Source: Octopus sinensis
Lineage: Eukaryota
Assembly: GCF_006345805.1 (NCBI RefSeq)
Contig: NW_021833421.1
Location: 1 to 64,000, forward strand
Length of the DNA: 64,000 bases
Reading direction: 5' to 3'
Shown: one piece after another, positions 12,344 to 25,592 of the stretch
Position numbering within the stretch: position 1 is the first letter of the stretch
Layout of the letters: every line of letters begins with the position of its first letter
Notes under the pieces: model-generated
Databases searched by the model: none
Seen by the model: only the letters and a program-made list of their open reading frames with translations
What the model was told of the DNA's origin: nothing
Translations under genes and position numbers: made by a program

Positions 12344-14368
12344 AGAAAAAAATCTACTCGTCGGCTGACAGCAATTGCACTTCTATATGCAGTAAAACTT
12401 ACTGAACTCGGGTGCCATAGCTTCACGAAGAGACGTTAATTCGATGTGTGACTTTAAAAAAGAATTGCTGATCATTTTAACCACATCATGTATTAGAGCT
12501 CTTAGCTCTGAAGAAACAAATTCTAGTCACTCGTGTCGCTCGAGGAATCAAGCAATGACTGAATGTCGAGGCGTATCAGTCCAAGAGTTAACTTTATTAT
12601 GAACGCCTACGGATTTTCCTGTCACAACTACTACAATACGAACAGTTGAATTTGCAATGTCGGTCGATTCATCCATCTAAACTGTAAATATAAAATAATT
12701 CTTTCAACAAGTTGCGCAAATTTTTATGGCTAATTTCTACAGTTGTTTTACATACTGTGTCACCTGAGAGATGAAGTTTTCTTACTTTATCCGTATAGGT
12801 CTTTCTTTGAATAATTTATGTGGTTTTGTCTACCGCTGGCAAATGCAAGCTCTCCGCCAGTCGTAAATGCGTGGTTTCTTAGCTTTTGTAATCTAAGTAT
12901 GAGGCTTCATATGATGCTCTCAAATATTTTTCTTGAAAACCAGTGTGTGCTTTCTCAAGAAACTGTTTTTATACGTTCGAAGATATCAGAAATCTTTAAA
13001 AAAAACAACAAAAAACCCAAAAAACAAAACCTTTTGCAAGTATATGGAGCATGTGTTGTATCACGATTGCTTTTTAATTTAATAGGTTTCACGTTTTCAT
13101 TCACCAAGCATTCGTTACAAATTAAGATGAGTGGATGGCACACTTGAAGCCTATGAGCAAAAAACTGAATCCCTTTTGCAACAGAAGATTCCTTGTACTT
13201 CCTCCCTCACCACTCGTTTTTGCTTCTTTTTTTTTAAAGCAAAAGATTTTTCAAAATAAGAAATATTGAATTTCTAAATCTCTCGTAGAGACATGTACGG
13301 TGGTGGGGCGATAGAATGGTTGTATACTGTCAATCTAACAAGAACGTGACAGTAGGGGGTACACCACCGCTGTATAGCCCTAGGAAGCATCGAACGCCTC
13401 CTGATGGCTTTGACACATTTTTCCTGTGTCCTTATATACATATACGAAGGGGAGACAAACACCCCTTCAGTTTCTACTTGTAAACCCTCGTTCCTATTCC
13501 CTTCACTGCATCCAGGTGCTGCAAAAACTATTAGTTGAGCTTTGTTTTCTTCGTAATAAATTTAAGCGTTTATCCAAAGAAAGGTATATTCAGTTCTATG
13601 CAGTAAAGAAATTAACAAATATTTTGAAAACAACTGTAAAATAACCTGAAACAATAGCTGACGTAAGTTAGCCAAGACGAAATTTATATTTATAAATATT
13701 TGAACTGTATAATAAATTCAAAATTAAAAACTTTAGAATGTGTCGTTTTTATTGAATTAATTTCATGTAATTTAAAGTTACTTTGTAAAATGGGGGGAAA
13801 AAAATGTATGATCATTTGTTAGCTTTGGAATAAATTACATACTTGAGATTATTATTGTACTTGTTAGTACTATAATAATGTCAACAAGTGCACACTTTAC
13901 TACCAATGTACTATATATTTCAGGATTGGCTATTCAAAATCGTGGTTGTAAACACACAATGTATGAATAACATTCTCAAAAACCACTGACTTTATTTAAT
14001 ACAGTTAAACCAGTTACGGTGAGGAGAGAGCGGATACACTGCACCGGACGGCGCTTTTACGAGATTAGCATTTTGGGGATTTACTGTATAAACTTGTATA
14101 GGGGCCTTAAACTAAAGAGCTGCCCCACGTGGTACGGACTCTAGTTGTGCCACTGCTGTTAATAGTCGTGCGAATGCATGGCCCGGAGAAGCAAGTTTCA
14201 CAAGACACAACATCAAGTATATAACGAATCATTATAAAATCAAAATTTCAAAAATGACTATCGATAACAAAATATATAACTTAAGTGCCCCAGGCATTGA
14301 GGGGTACTCTATCTATCGACTCATCATGGACGAAAAGCAAAGCTGATCTCGGTAGGATTCGTGTACAC

Positions 14369-14581
14369 ACGTGGTTTGATCAATAAGTATCCGGACTGTT
14401 GCTATGGTAACGAAGCTAAAGCACGCAGAGTAAAGCCGCTTGGCCCAGGTTGACTTTGAACTCTACTGTGCAAGTGCATTAAGTTTTAACATTCTAGCTC
14501 ACTTCCACTGTTTACAGCAGTGCTTGGAAGGAAGGTGTGTAGCGTGTGATTGTCGCATTGACAATGACAGAAGAAGTTGAG
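14369..14581 (+). mobile_element. Mariner 5' end (TIR + leader + first codons), truncated by a SINE
   Basis: acgtggtttgatcaataagtatccggact terminal sequence typical of mariner TIRs, as recalled; ends ATG ACA GAA GAA GTT GAG, like the mariner N-terminus MT..VEQR. Confidence 0.55.
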
Positions 14582-14755
14582 TGAGAGAAAGTTGTGGTGA
14601 AAGAGTACAGCAGGGTTCACCAACACCCTCTGCCGGAGCCTCGTGGAGCTTTAGGTGTTTTTGCTCAATAAACACTCACAATGCCCGGTCTGGGAATCGA
14701 AACCGCTATCCTCCGACCGCGAGTCCGCTGCCCTAACCACTGGGCCATTGCGCGT
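14580..14755 (-). mobile_element. SINE family E, 5' half
   Basis: Matches 24781-24950 in reverse complement. Confidence 0.85.
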
Positions 14756-14825
14756 ACACAAGTTTCTTCTACACACACTAAAATAAATAAATAAATGAAT
14801 AAATATATAAATAAATAAATAAATG

Positions 14826-15148
14826 GTATTCCGTCGGTTGCGATGACGATGATTTCACTTGATCCAATCAAAGGAACAGCCTGCTCGTGAAATTAACATG
14901 TAAGTGGCTGAGTATTCCACAGACACGCGTACCTTTGGCGTAATTCTCAGCAAGGTTCAGCCTGAAACAGAATGCGACAAGGCTGGCCCTTTGGATTACA
15001 TGTACGACTCATTTTTGCCAGCTGAGTGAACGGGAGGAGCTTGGAATAGAGTGCCTTGCTGAAGGGAATAATACACCAACTGGGAATCGAACTCACGACC
15101 TTACGATCTTGAGCCGATTACACTAACAACTAAAGTACGCATCTTCGC
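14826..15148 (-). mobile_element. SINE family B with E-type tail, diverged
   Basis: Reverse complement of 2313-2660 (gaacagcctgctcgtgaaattaac, catttttgccagctgagtg, ggaatcgaactcacgacc). Confidence 0.8.
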
Positions 15149-15204
15149 TCAATACTCACTAAAACTTCTGAAAAGTACATAATATGCATTTAACACAGAT
15201 GCAT

Positions 15205-15531
15205 GATGGCTGTGTGGTTAAAGAGTTCACTTAACAACCACAAGGTTTTTGGTTTTGATGCCACTGCGCGGTAATTTGGGAACGTGTCTTTTACCATAAT
15301 TTTGAGTTGACCAATGTCGTGTAATTAGAATTTTAGCAAGCGGAGACTTGGCGAGAAATTGCCGTGCTGCTTGTTTGTGCGCGCGCACGCGTGTGTGTAT
15401 GTGTGTGTGTGGTGTGTGTGTGTATGTATGTATGTATATATGTATGTATGTATGTATGTATGAATGTATGTATGTATGTATCTATCTATCTATATATATA
15501 TACATACATGCGCGCGTGCACACACTCACAC

Positions 15532-15592
<61 letters not shown>

Positions 15593-15640
15593 CGCACACA
15601 CACACGCACACACACACACACCACGCACACACATACACCA
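15205..15640 (+). mobile_element. Old family-C head followed by expanded compound microsatellite
   Basis: gatggctgtgtggttaaag..ccactgcg..ttgggaacgtgtc, then (TG)/(TATG)/(CA) tracts. Confidence 0.55.
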
Positions 15641-15724
15641 CCGCAATATATTCTTTCTGAAGCTCTTACAATTTTGCCAATTTTCTGCCTTTTTGCCTTT
15701 TGATTTCTGATTTGAGCCCAAGGC

Positions 15725-16145
15725 AAACAAGACATTAGCCCTTACCGTCGGACCCCGTAGATGACAGGTACTTTTTTTTACCGGCCACGAAAGAAGAAAA
15801 GGTAAAGTCGACCTCAGCGGGATTTGAACTCAGAATATAGAGAGTCAGTACAAATACCACAATGCTTTTACCGCCACTTTAATAGAGGTCTGGTACGTTA
15901 CCTCATATTTCATGACAAAATATCCCTTTGTGTCTAAGACTTAACGTTATCATAGCTTCTAATACTGACACAAGGGCCACAGACTTTGGAGAAAGAATGT
16001 GGATTTGATACCTAACAGTTACTTTGTTTTATAGAACCCGAGGCAAAATCAACATTGGAGAGTTTCGAATTGAGAACGTAAAGGGGCGTAACTAAATACT
16101 ACAAGGTATTTTATTACGTATTCTAACGATTCTGTTACTCCAACA
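15725..16145 (-). mobile_element. Two diverged SINE A2 copies
   Basis: gtaaagtcgacctcagcgggatttgaactcagaa and acaagggccac..gagtttcgaattgagaacg. Confidence 0.6.
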
Positions 16146-16384
16146 TCCTCATCACATCTTTTCAGATTGAAGCTTTTATGTGACGATATGTATATATGTG
16201 ACTGAAAAATATCCGTTTGTTTTTTTTATCGCCGTCTCTAGCTAAATCAAAACACTCATTGCTCTTGACGGCAACTACCAAACTGAAGTAGCGGTTCCCG
16301 TGCTGTAGTTCAACCACCAAATAAAATAGAAAATGCAAAGCCGGAAAAAAAGAGGAGAGAGAGAGAGAGAGGGAGAGAAGAAAA

Positions 16385-16895
16385 TCGATCCCAGGACTTG
16401 ATTGGTATTTTTTTAATGACCTTATAAAGATAAAAAGTAATGTTAATTCAGTTGTGTCTGGGGAGAGTCATTTTCTTTTTGTGCCTTTATAATGTAACAT
16501 ATTCACCGGTAAAATTTCCACTTATTTCTTATTTTTATTGTCCTAAAATTTTCGTTGTGCCTTGCAACCTTTTCAATAATCTTGACTCTCGAGAGTCAAG
16601 ACTATTGAAAAGGTCAAGACTAATGAAAAGGTTGCAAGACGCAACGAAAATTTTAGGAAAATAAATATAAGAAATAAGTGGAAACTTTACCGGTGAGTGT
16701 GTTGCATTATAAGGCACTAAAAGAAAATGACTCTCCCCAGACACAACAGAATATGCTCCAACACACGAACTCACATAAAGAATCTTGCAAACCAAATCCC
16801 AAAAGGAAAAGTAATGTTAAGTTTGATGGGATTTGAACTCAGAGCATAGAGAACAGCAGCAAATTCAGCGAGAGGTTCTACCCGTTGTTCTAACA
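16385..16895 (-). mobile_element. Diverged SINE A2 interrupted by the palindromic MITE
   Basis: aatcgatccca..ggtattt before the MITE; gggatttgaactcagagc after it; aaaagtaatgttaa repeated on both sides. Confidence 0.5.
16446..16752. mobile_element. Palindromic (foldback) MITE, ~307 bp
   Basis: Arms ~140 bp complementary around centre cttgactctcgagagtcaag; half copy at 59180-59323. Confidence 0.85.
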
Positions 16896-17388
16896 ACATG
16901 ATTACACATAGCCGTCATCTTTACACACTTCCATCAAAGAATTACCATTTTAGGTTCTATTCGATTAATGAAATGCTTATGTCTTTTTCCATAGAGAAAC
17001 AAATTCAACGTGAAATCTAACGCAAATATCTGTCAAACCTAACGTAATTAGTGCTAATGATAATTGTCAGTTTTTTTCTCTCTCTCGACACACACACGTA
17101 TACGTATGTTTTGTTTCTAAGAAGAAAGCGAGAACAAATACAATATTATTCCACAGCCTTCCTCTTTGCACGCCGTCACTTTGTGATACGATAAAGGCAT
17201 GACGCAATCACTTGTTTCAGTTCGACTCCCACACAGTGTCAAAAAACAGACTGACGAGTAAAAGGATATGTGTATGTATGTGTGTGTGTGTGTGTGTATC
17301 TGTGTGTGTGTATCTGTGTGTGTGCATCTGTGTGTGTATGTGTGTGTGTTTGTCTAACAGCTCACAAAGGCAAATAGGAAGAAACTGA

Positions 17389-17813
17389 AGATCTTTTCGG
17401 TTTGAACGGCAGTTTTCAACATTAATTTCTAGGTAACTAAAAAATTTTAAACTTCGTATACTAGTAGAATGTGTCTATAAAACATCGTTTCCTCTCGGCC
17501 TTATTGAGAAAATTCTATAGTTTGAAAGATATTTGTTGTTTTTTTTCTTCAATTTCTGCAATTTCAACCAATCACTGACGTCTATTGAGGAAAAAAAAAC
17601 ATTCTGTGCCGTATGAATATGTCCCTCGTTTAAGAAACAGATTGGGTTTATTTACATTTCTGAAGAAAAAAAGATACCCTTCTCCCCACCCCTAACCCTA
17701 ACCCTAACTAACACTAACCCTAAATGCAATAGATCGATACTAGGGTCATAATTATGGGTGACAATTTCATATGACATCGTTAGAAAAAACTGCCGTTCAA
17801 ACCGAAAAGATCC
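17389..17813 (+). mobile_element. Non-autonomous DNA transposon with ~28-bp TIRs and internal (TAACCC)n
   Basis: TIR (g)gatcttttcggtttgaacggcagtttt / aaaactgccgttcaaaccgaaaagatcc; flanks gaaactga / gaaaactga; second copy at 41759-42184. Confidence 0.9.
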
Positions 17814-17910
17814 GAAAACTGAAAATAGTCACCTTGTTAGTCTATGAATAAAAACATTGCAACTGACCCTCGTAAACGGAGACATTGTTGTATGATCGTT
17901 AGTAATGTAA

Positions 17911-18130
17911 AGGCGGCGACCCAGCAGAATCGTTAGCACACCGGACAAGAATGTCCAAAGACATTTTCTCCGTCTTTAAGCTCTGAGTTCAAACTCCGTT
18001 GAGTTTACCTTTCATCCTTTGGTGTCGATAAACTAAGTGCAAGTTGATAACTGGGGCCAATATCATCGTTTAGCCCCCACCCTCACCCCATAAGATTTCC
18101 GGCCTTGGGCCAATAGTAGAAAGGATTATT
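17911..18130 (+). mobile_element. SINE A2
   Basis: ggcggcgacccagcagaatcgttagcac..ctgagttcaaactcc..cctttcatcctttggtgtcgataaa..ccggccttgggcc. Confidence 0.8.
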
Positions 18131-18329
18131 AGAAATGAATGCATTTCGCAAGCAACACCAAAGACCCAGACTCACACGTTTGTTTCATCGAGTGTGATGG
18201 GATTTAAGAGAAAACAACAACAACAACAACAGAGCATAACTCAGTATCAAGGACATTTGTCACAACTGTTCTCGAGAGCCTATACGCTGTTATTTCCGTT
18301 ACATCAGCCCGTCTTCTGGGCGCCAAGTA

Positions 18330-18945
18330 AAACTGGTTTCAAATTTTAGAACAACGCTAGCAATTTCGGGGAAGGAGAATAGTCAATAGATCGACCCCCG
18401 TGCTCAACCAGTACTTATTTTATCAACCCCGAAAGTTGAGAGGTAAAGTCGGCTTCGGCGGAATTTGAATTCAGAACGCAAAGTCGGACGAAATGCCTCA
18501 AAGCATTTTGCCCGGCATGCTAAAAACAATTCTGCCAAGAAAGGAAATAATAATTTTGTTTTTCTGATAAAGGCATAAGGCCTGGAATTTTTGGGGAAGG
18601 GTTTAAGTCGATAAAATTGACTCCAGTGTTTCACTGGTACTTAATTTATCGACCCCCGAAAGGTAAAATCAACCTCAGCGGAATCTGAACTTGGAACGTA
18701 GCTTCAGGAGAAATATCTATTTCTTTACAACCCACAAGGGGCTAAACACAGAGGGGACAAACAAGGACAGACAAACGGATTAAGTCGATTACATCGATCC
18801 CAGTGCGTAACTGGTACTTATTTAATCGACCCCGAAAGGATGAAAGGCAAAGTCGACCTCGGCGGAATTTGAACTCAGAACGTAGCGACAGATGAAATAC
18901 TGCTAAGCATTTCGCCCGGCGCCCTAACGTTTCTGTCACTGGGCC
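18330..18945 (-). mobile_element. Cluster of SINE A2 plus A/A2 dimer
   Basis: A2 at ~18330-18535; A body 18717-18945 joined to an A2 body ~18565-18716 at the usual internal site. Confidence 0.85.
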
Positions 18946-18954
18946 ATCGCGCCT

Positions 18955-18991
<37 letters not shown>

Positions 18992-19216
18992 AATATAAAG
19001 TCAATTCAAATAAACAATCAGTTCAAAGGAATGAATGATAATAAACTTCACAGACAACAAAAAGACGTGCACAAGAAATGTATTTGCTTGACACTCAGTA
19101 AAAAGAGAGAGTTTGATGTTTCGAGCATAGCTCTTCGTCGCGAAAGGAAAAAGGGAAAATTCTAAAGAAGGAAAACAAGTCGCCAATAGCACGTGTGCAG
19201 TTACATTGCTGAAGTG

Positions 19217-19247
<31 letters not shown>

Positions 19248-19762
19248 TATATAACTACATACATTCATTCATAAGTGCGTAGACTGGTTTTCGTACAGTT
19301 TCTGTCCATCAAATTTCACTCAAAAGGCATTAGTCTCTCCGTATCTATAGAAAATCATTCTCCACGAGACCCCTTTGTTGCGAAATAAACTTCTTAACCA
19401 CACAGCTATACTTACAATATGGGGTGAGGATAGCGTAGAATTTTGAAATTTTTTGGAACAAATTCAAAGGAACTTTGCCAGGTTTACATTCTCAGACTGG
19501 TAACGCAAAAGCCATCTGATCGAAGAAATATCAAATGCCCTTCCAAAGGCGTCTCCCTGCAGTCATTCTGCTTCCTAGAAATATCAGCTAAATTTCAGTC
19601 ATGCTATCTTAAAAGGTGCTGGTGGGGATATTGGATTATGTGGCTCTCTAGATAACATACCATGGAACAGGAGAGAATCGTCAAGGTTGGAGCGCATTTA
19701 AATTATAGTTTTGCACGATGGGAACTGACCTGCTGTTAAACGGTACCAATACCAGAAGACAT

Positions 19763-20169
19763 TACTCTTTACTCTTTTACATGTTTCAGTCATTTGACTG
19801 CGGCCATGCTGGTGCACCGCCTTTAATCGAGCAACTCGACCCGGGACTTATTCTTTTGTAAGCCCAGTAATTATTCTATCGGTCTCTTTTGCCGAACTGC
19901 TAAGTAACGGGGACATAAACACACCAGCATCGGTTGTCAAGCGATGTTGGGGGGACAAACACAGACACACAAACACACACACGCATACATATATATACAT
20001 ATATACGACGGGCTTCTTTCAGTTTCCGTCTACCAAATCCACTCACAAGGCTTTGGTCGGCCCGAAGTGTCTTAGTAAAAGACACTTGCCCAAGGTGCCG
20101 CGCAGTGAGACTGAACCCGGAACCATGTGGTTGGTAAACAAGCTACTTACCACACAGCCACTCCTGCGC
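19763..20169 (-). mobile_element. SINE family C, full-length, little diverged
   Basis: Complete head to (tactctt)n tail. Confidence 0.93.
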
Positions 20170-21174
20170 CTTTGCTATACGTTGAAATGTTTCGTAAATA
20201 TGACCTTATGGTTGTTTACACCCTTGGAATTGTTTTATCATAGACCACGTTTCACTGACCAGGAAAGGGACAGAATGTTCAATCCAAGCATTAAGGAAAG
20301 ATATTCACGTATCATAGTTATTGCTATCATACCAAAAGCAGCTCCTAGTGCAAAGCTTAATTTAGACCCGTTCCCTAGTATTAAATCTGCTTTTCTCTGT
20401 ACCTTATATTTATACTTATGTTATTTTTGTAGCTGTAATTGACTAAGAAGGAATTCGATCCTAGATCATGTGTTTGGAATAGAAGCATCTACATCTAAAT
20501 CCACAAAAACTGTTAAGTTCACTCCGTATTAAAACACACACACACAAATAAAAACTGTTAACATCATTTCGTATTCATTTTCTTCTCAAGTGCTGTGCAA
20601 TTGTCTAGATCTTAGAGATGCGATGAAAACTTTTTACCACCTCATGTAATTAACGGGATTTGAAATTTTTATAATTTTATAATTTCTGCGTGTTTTTAGT
20701 TAGCTAAAATTGCCCTTCCAAGGTGTAATTGTATCGTTATTTTTGTTTACTGCTTTGTCAAAGAAGAAGGGTAGCATCAATAAACTTTCTCAGGGTCACT
20801 GAGATGGGTTCCAGTGGGGGGGGGGGGGGCGGACAGGGTGGAATAATTTCAACTGATGGGCACTATATCAGAAAGCTGAATATCAAAATGTTGGGCTCAA
20901 TCCAGAACCAAAGACCTGGCCGGAATAATAGTTAATAGAGTGGACTTCGCTAAGGGCAACCAGAAGCCAGGTGCTGGTTGTTAAACTGGACGACAGATTA
21001 GGTCTAGCGCTCAAATAAACATTTCTTATATTTGAATAATACTGTTGTTCATTCTTTTCTTCATATATTTTATATTTTATTATATAATTAGTAATTTTTT
21101 CTCACATAACTTCAACTATTTTTACCTTTATAAAATTATAGCTTGTAATCTACTTATCATTTACTGCCAAAATA

Positions 21175-21290
<116 letters not shown>

Positions 21291-21635
21291 TCATCTAGAT
21301 ATCTAGCAAAATTCCTATCCATATGTCTATCTATCTATGTGTGTGTGTGTGTGAGTGTGTGTGTCCATATATCTAATTACATATTTATAATCTATCTCTG
21401 TCTCTCTCTCTTGCTATATATATATATATACTCTCTCATACACACACACACACACACACACCCTTATACATACTGATACATACTAATACATACACCAACC
21501 GTATACATACACACGTCCAGACCTCTCCTACGCACTCATAGCTGGTCATTCAACCCTATTATCAACCCTATTATCTCCCCTTATTTCACTCTCGCGTCTC
21601 ATGTTTGATCTTTGACCTCTGGCCGAAATCAGATC

Positions 21636-21845
21636 GCCATGTTGATTCGTTAGTTACTGCACGCATTTTTTTTTCTCTCCTTCTTTCTGTGTTTATTTTT
21701 TCTCTCTGTGTATCTTTCTGTTGAAGAGCGTAGGCTCGAAACGTTAAAGACTTGTTTTATTTATATTTCCTGAGCGCCATACTAATACAATTGTTTGTTT
21801 GTTTTCCACCTGCCTTCGTCTTTTGTCTATTTTCATAAAGTTCCC

Positions 21846-21847
<2 letters not shown>
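21636..21847 (+). mobile_element. Family H: short Penelope-like non-autonomous element with hammerhead-like motif (21713-21750)
   Basis: tcttt-CTGTTGA-A-gagc gtag gctc-GAAAC-GTT-aaaga; ends in (TA)n; six related copies in the window. Confidence 0.7.
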
Positions 21848-21904
<57 letters not shown>

Positions 21905-22194
21905 AGTGTGTGTGTCCATATATCTAATTACATATTTATAATCTATCTCTGTCTCTCTCTCTTGCTATATATATATATATATATATATACTCTCTCATAC
22001 ACACACACACACACACACACCCTTATACATACTGATACATACTAATACATACACCAACCGTATACATACACACGTCCAGACCTCTCCTACGCACTCATAG
22101 CTGGTCATTCAACCCTATTATCAACCCTATTATCTCCCCTTATTTCACTCTCGCGTCTCATGTTTGATCTTTGACCTCTGGCCGAAATCAGATC

Positions 22195-22406
22195 GCCATG
22201 TTGATTCGTTAGTTACTGCACGCATTTTTTTTCTCTCCTTCTTTCTGTGTTTATTTTTTCTCTCTGTGTATCTTTCTGTTGAAGAGCGTAGGCTCGAAAC
22301 GTTAAAGACTTGTTTTATTTATATTTCCTGAGCGCCATACTAATACAATTGTTTGTTTGTTTCCCACCTGCCTTCGTCTTTTGTCTATTTTCATAAAGCT
22401 TCCCGT

Positions 22407-22408
<2 letters not shown>
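22195..22408 (+). mobile_element. Family H copy (motif 22271-22308)
   Basis: Duplicate of 21636-21847. Confidence 0.7.
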
Positions 22409-22461
<53 letters not shown>

Positions 22462-22679
22462 CAGTGGTAATTACTGGTATTTAAGCCAGGGCATGCCGTG
22501 TTTTAAAGCTGTAATTGTAGCAATGAGCACATGACATGTCTCTATCTTCTTTCCAATTGTCTCTCATAAAAATGAAACATTTATATTAAATAAGAAAACA
22601 AGGTATTTTCTTATTTCCATTTATTTATATAATTCAGGCGTGCACTGCGTTCTATGAATTAATGCAGGATATGCCACTG

Positions 22680-22816
22680 ATTACATACGTACGTACGTAC
22701 GTACATACATACATACATACATACATACATACATACATACATACATACATACATACATACATACATACATACATACTTACATACATACATACATACATAC
22801 ATACATTCATACATAC

Positions 22817-22847
<31 letters not shown>

Positions 22848-23085
22848 CATACATACATACTTACATACATACATACATACATACATACATTCATACATAC
22901 ATTTATACATACATACATACATACATACATTCATACATACATACATACATACATACATACATACATACATTCATACATACATACATACATACATACATAC
23001 ATACATACATACATACATACATACATACATTCATACATACATACATACATACATACCTGCATACATACATGCATACATACATACA

Positions 23086-23119
<34 letters not shown>

Positions 23120-23283
23120 CATACATGCATGCATGTATACATACACACATACATACATACATATATACATACATACATACATACATTCATTCATACATAC
23201 ATACATTCATACATACATATATACATACATACACACATACATACGTACATACATACATACATACATTCATACATACATACATT

Positions 23284-23315
<32 letters not shown>

Positions 23316-23345
23316 CATACATACATACATGCATACATACACGTA
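22680..23345. repeat. Long (ACAT)n microsatellite, ~660 bp
   Basis: Direct reading. Confidence 0.97.
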
Positions 23346-24780
23346 TATTGCACATGCACTTGTACGCACATACACACTAACAGATATATACACAGACGCA
23401 TGTGTGTGTGTGTGTGTGTGTGTGTGATATAATACCTCCTCACAGTGCAGACGACTCACGAGTGTTCAGTAGTATACAGAGAAACGTGAACAGGCGAGAA
23501 GTCTGAAATCTATCCACCATTTTACTTGTGTTTAATATCGTTTATTTTCAACGAGTGGCTCGCTTAAATACCTCGCCCGAGGGTGTGAAGCAGGTAAGCT
23601 AATGAGAAAATCCTGAAGATAGAGCACGTCTAAACAGAAGGTTGTATTATTAGCCTGTATAGAACAATATCTGAAGTATATCTTTTATATGTTTCTGTGA
23701 AAAGATGTTCAAAACAGTCGAGCGCCCTCATCTGTATGAACATGTCCGCGAATACAATAAAATGTTTCTAATTCAATGCCCGCTCCCTGCGCGGTGTCTG
23801 TCACCAGTAAGATGAGCTGCAGTCTATTGTCTTCAATCACGTGACCATCCTTCAACTCCAATATATAGTACTGACAGAATAAACGTATACATACAAGGCT
23901 AGAAATTGCTTCCTTCTCTAAACCACTAGATTAATTGAATTGGTTCAGTTGGAAATAGGAAGGATTTGGTGCTATTATTCAGCCAGACATGAAATTATGT
24001 CTGCTTTACAGTACAGTGGTCAATGCCGTAATCTATATGAATAGAAATCAAAAGTGCTTTTGTTTTGTTTTTTGTTTTTATGTTATGCCAGTAACGATCC
24101 CATGGCAAGTATGGTTTGTTTATACCGCAGAATGTTTTATACAATGGAACCAAAGAAAGGATTGACTGATTGTTTAGCAACATTTTGCTGTGGAACAAAA
24201 ACAAATAACATACTAATGTTGTTGTTGTTTTTTATCCTCCGGCTCAGCCATATCTAAACAGATCCACGATCAAAGCGTTCCAACAATGACTATCCCAATT
24301 TTCTCTTAGTCATTGCATATCTTCGGCCACATTATCCTATGTATCTCTCAATTTTTAAGACGGTAGGATGTAATTTGAGGGAGATTTAGTTGCCGATTTT
24401 AACCAGGTCGATCGACCACGAAGGTGATCTCTCGTTGGTTCGAATGAAATACAGTATTTGTTCGGTCTTATAAAAGATTATCAGGTAATAACAAACGAAT
24501 TTATACGTAGACGGAGACCGTGATGATAGCACGCATTATAACAATCCTTATGCACCCAGAGGAATTTTCTTTGGTCACATTTTTGTACCGGTTTATTGAG
24601 CCAATAATAAAACAATACCTTTGGAGGGTACTGGCTATGTAAGCAGAAATTTCTCTTTCTTTTTCTACCCCAACAAACTCTGCTGTAGCAAGGTACTATT
24701 GTTCTTTCTTCAAGCATAAATCTACCCCAGACCGGATATGATCTTTTCTACTCTCGTTCAGATGGCTTTAGTACGACACA

Positions 24781-25150
24781 CAGGAGGCGCAATGGCCCAG
24801 TGGTTAGGGCAGCGGGCTCGCGGTTTCGATTCCCAGACCGGGCGTTGTGAGTGTTTATTGAGCGAAAACGCCAAAAAAGCTCCACGAGGCCCCGGCAGGG
24901 GATGGTGGTGATCCCTGCTGTACTCTTTCACCACAACTTTCTCTCACTCTTACTTCCTGTTTCTGTTGTACCTGTACTTCAAAGGGCCGGCCTTGTCACT
25001 CTCTGTGTCACGCTGAATATCCCCGAGAACTACGTTAAGGGTGCACGTGTCTGTGGAGTGCTCAGCCACATACACGTTAATTTCACGAGCAGGCTGTTCC
25101 GTTGATTCGGATCAACCGGAACCCTTGTCGTCGTAACCGACGGAGTGCTT
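24781..25150 (+). mobile_element. SINE family E, full-length
   Basis: ggaggcgcaatggcccagtggttagggcagc..ggtttcgattccc head; tail ..gtcgtcgtaaccgacggagtgc; TSD agtacga(c/g)aca. Confidence 0.9.
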
Positions 25151-25421
25151 CCAAGTACGAGACAGACTTTACTTGAATGAAACATCTAATTACCGTATCT
25201 CTATTCCTTCTGGTCACCCATGTCGATTTCACTTATTGTAACATGAGCAACGTTTTCCCCTCCTCAAAAATACGAATTCCACAGAAAGAACTTCAATTCA
25301 AGAAGAACTGTGTAACAATGCTTCCACAACACGTTTAACCCACATTGGTTTTTATATTTTTATATTTATATTTTTATTTTTAATATTTTAGTTTCATCTA
25401 TTGTTGTTATTGTTTGTAACT

Positions 25422-25532
25422 GGTGAAGGTGCTTAGTTTAGTGGCACTCCCAATCACAAGATCGTCCTTTCTATTCCTGGATCAGGCGGGGCGTTGTGTT
25501 CTTGAGCAAAACACTTCATTTCAGGTCGCTCC
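25422..25532 (+). mobile_element. SINE family B head fragment
   Basis: gtgaaggtgc..gcgttgtgttcttgagcaaaacacttcatttca. Confidence 0.6.
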
Positions 25533-25536
25533 ATAC

Positions 25537-25577
<41 letters not shown>

Positions 25578-25592
25578 CTCTTTCTTTTAATT

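Larger units (their letters stand above)
11450..13200 (-). pseudogene. Decayed hAT (Charlie/Buster, ZBED5/FAM200-like) transposase, internally deleted and interrupted
   Basis: Colinear minus-strand motifs with stops and frameshifts: LICNECLVNENVKPIKLK (~13130-13070), EKYLRASYEAS, AESLHLPA, LSGDTV, MDESTDIAN (12650-12675), LIHDVVKM, LLHIEVQLLS (12361-12396), IKQIIIEHL, FLWLNLKLKFPVLCDLA (~11705-11743), YESAFSASAAINTK (~11500-11545). Confidence 0.85.
21339..22428 (+). repeat. Near-identical ~550-bp tandem duplication (21339-21888 / 21889-22428), each unit containing a family-H element
   Basis: Units match almost base for base; differences are mostly microsatellite length and 1-2 nt changes. 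Confidence 0.92.
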
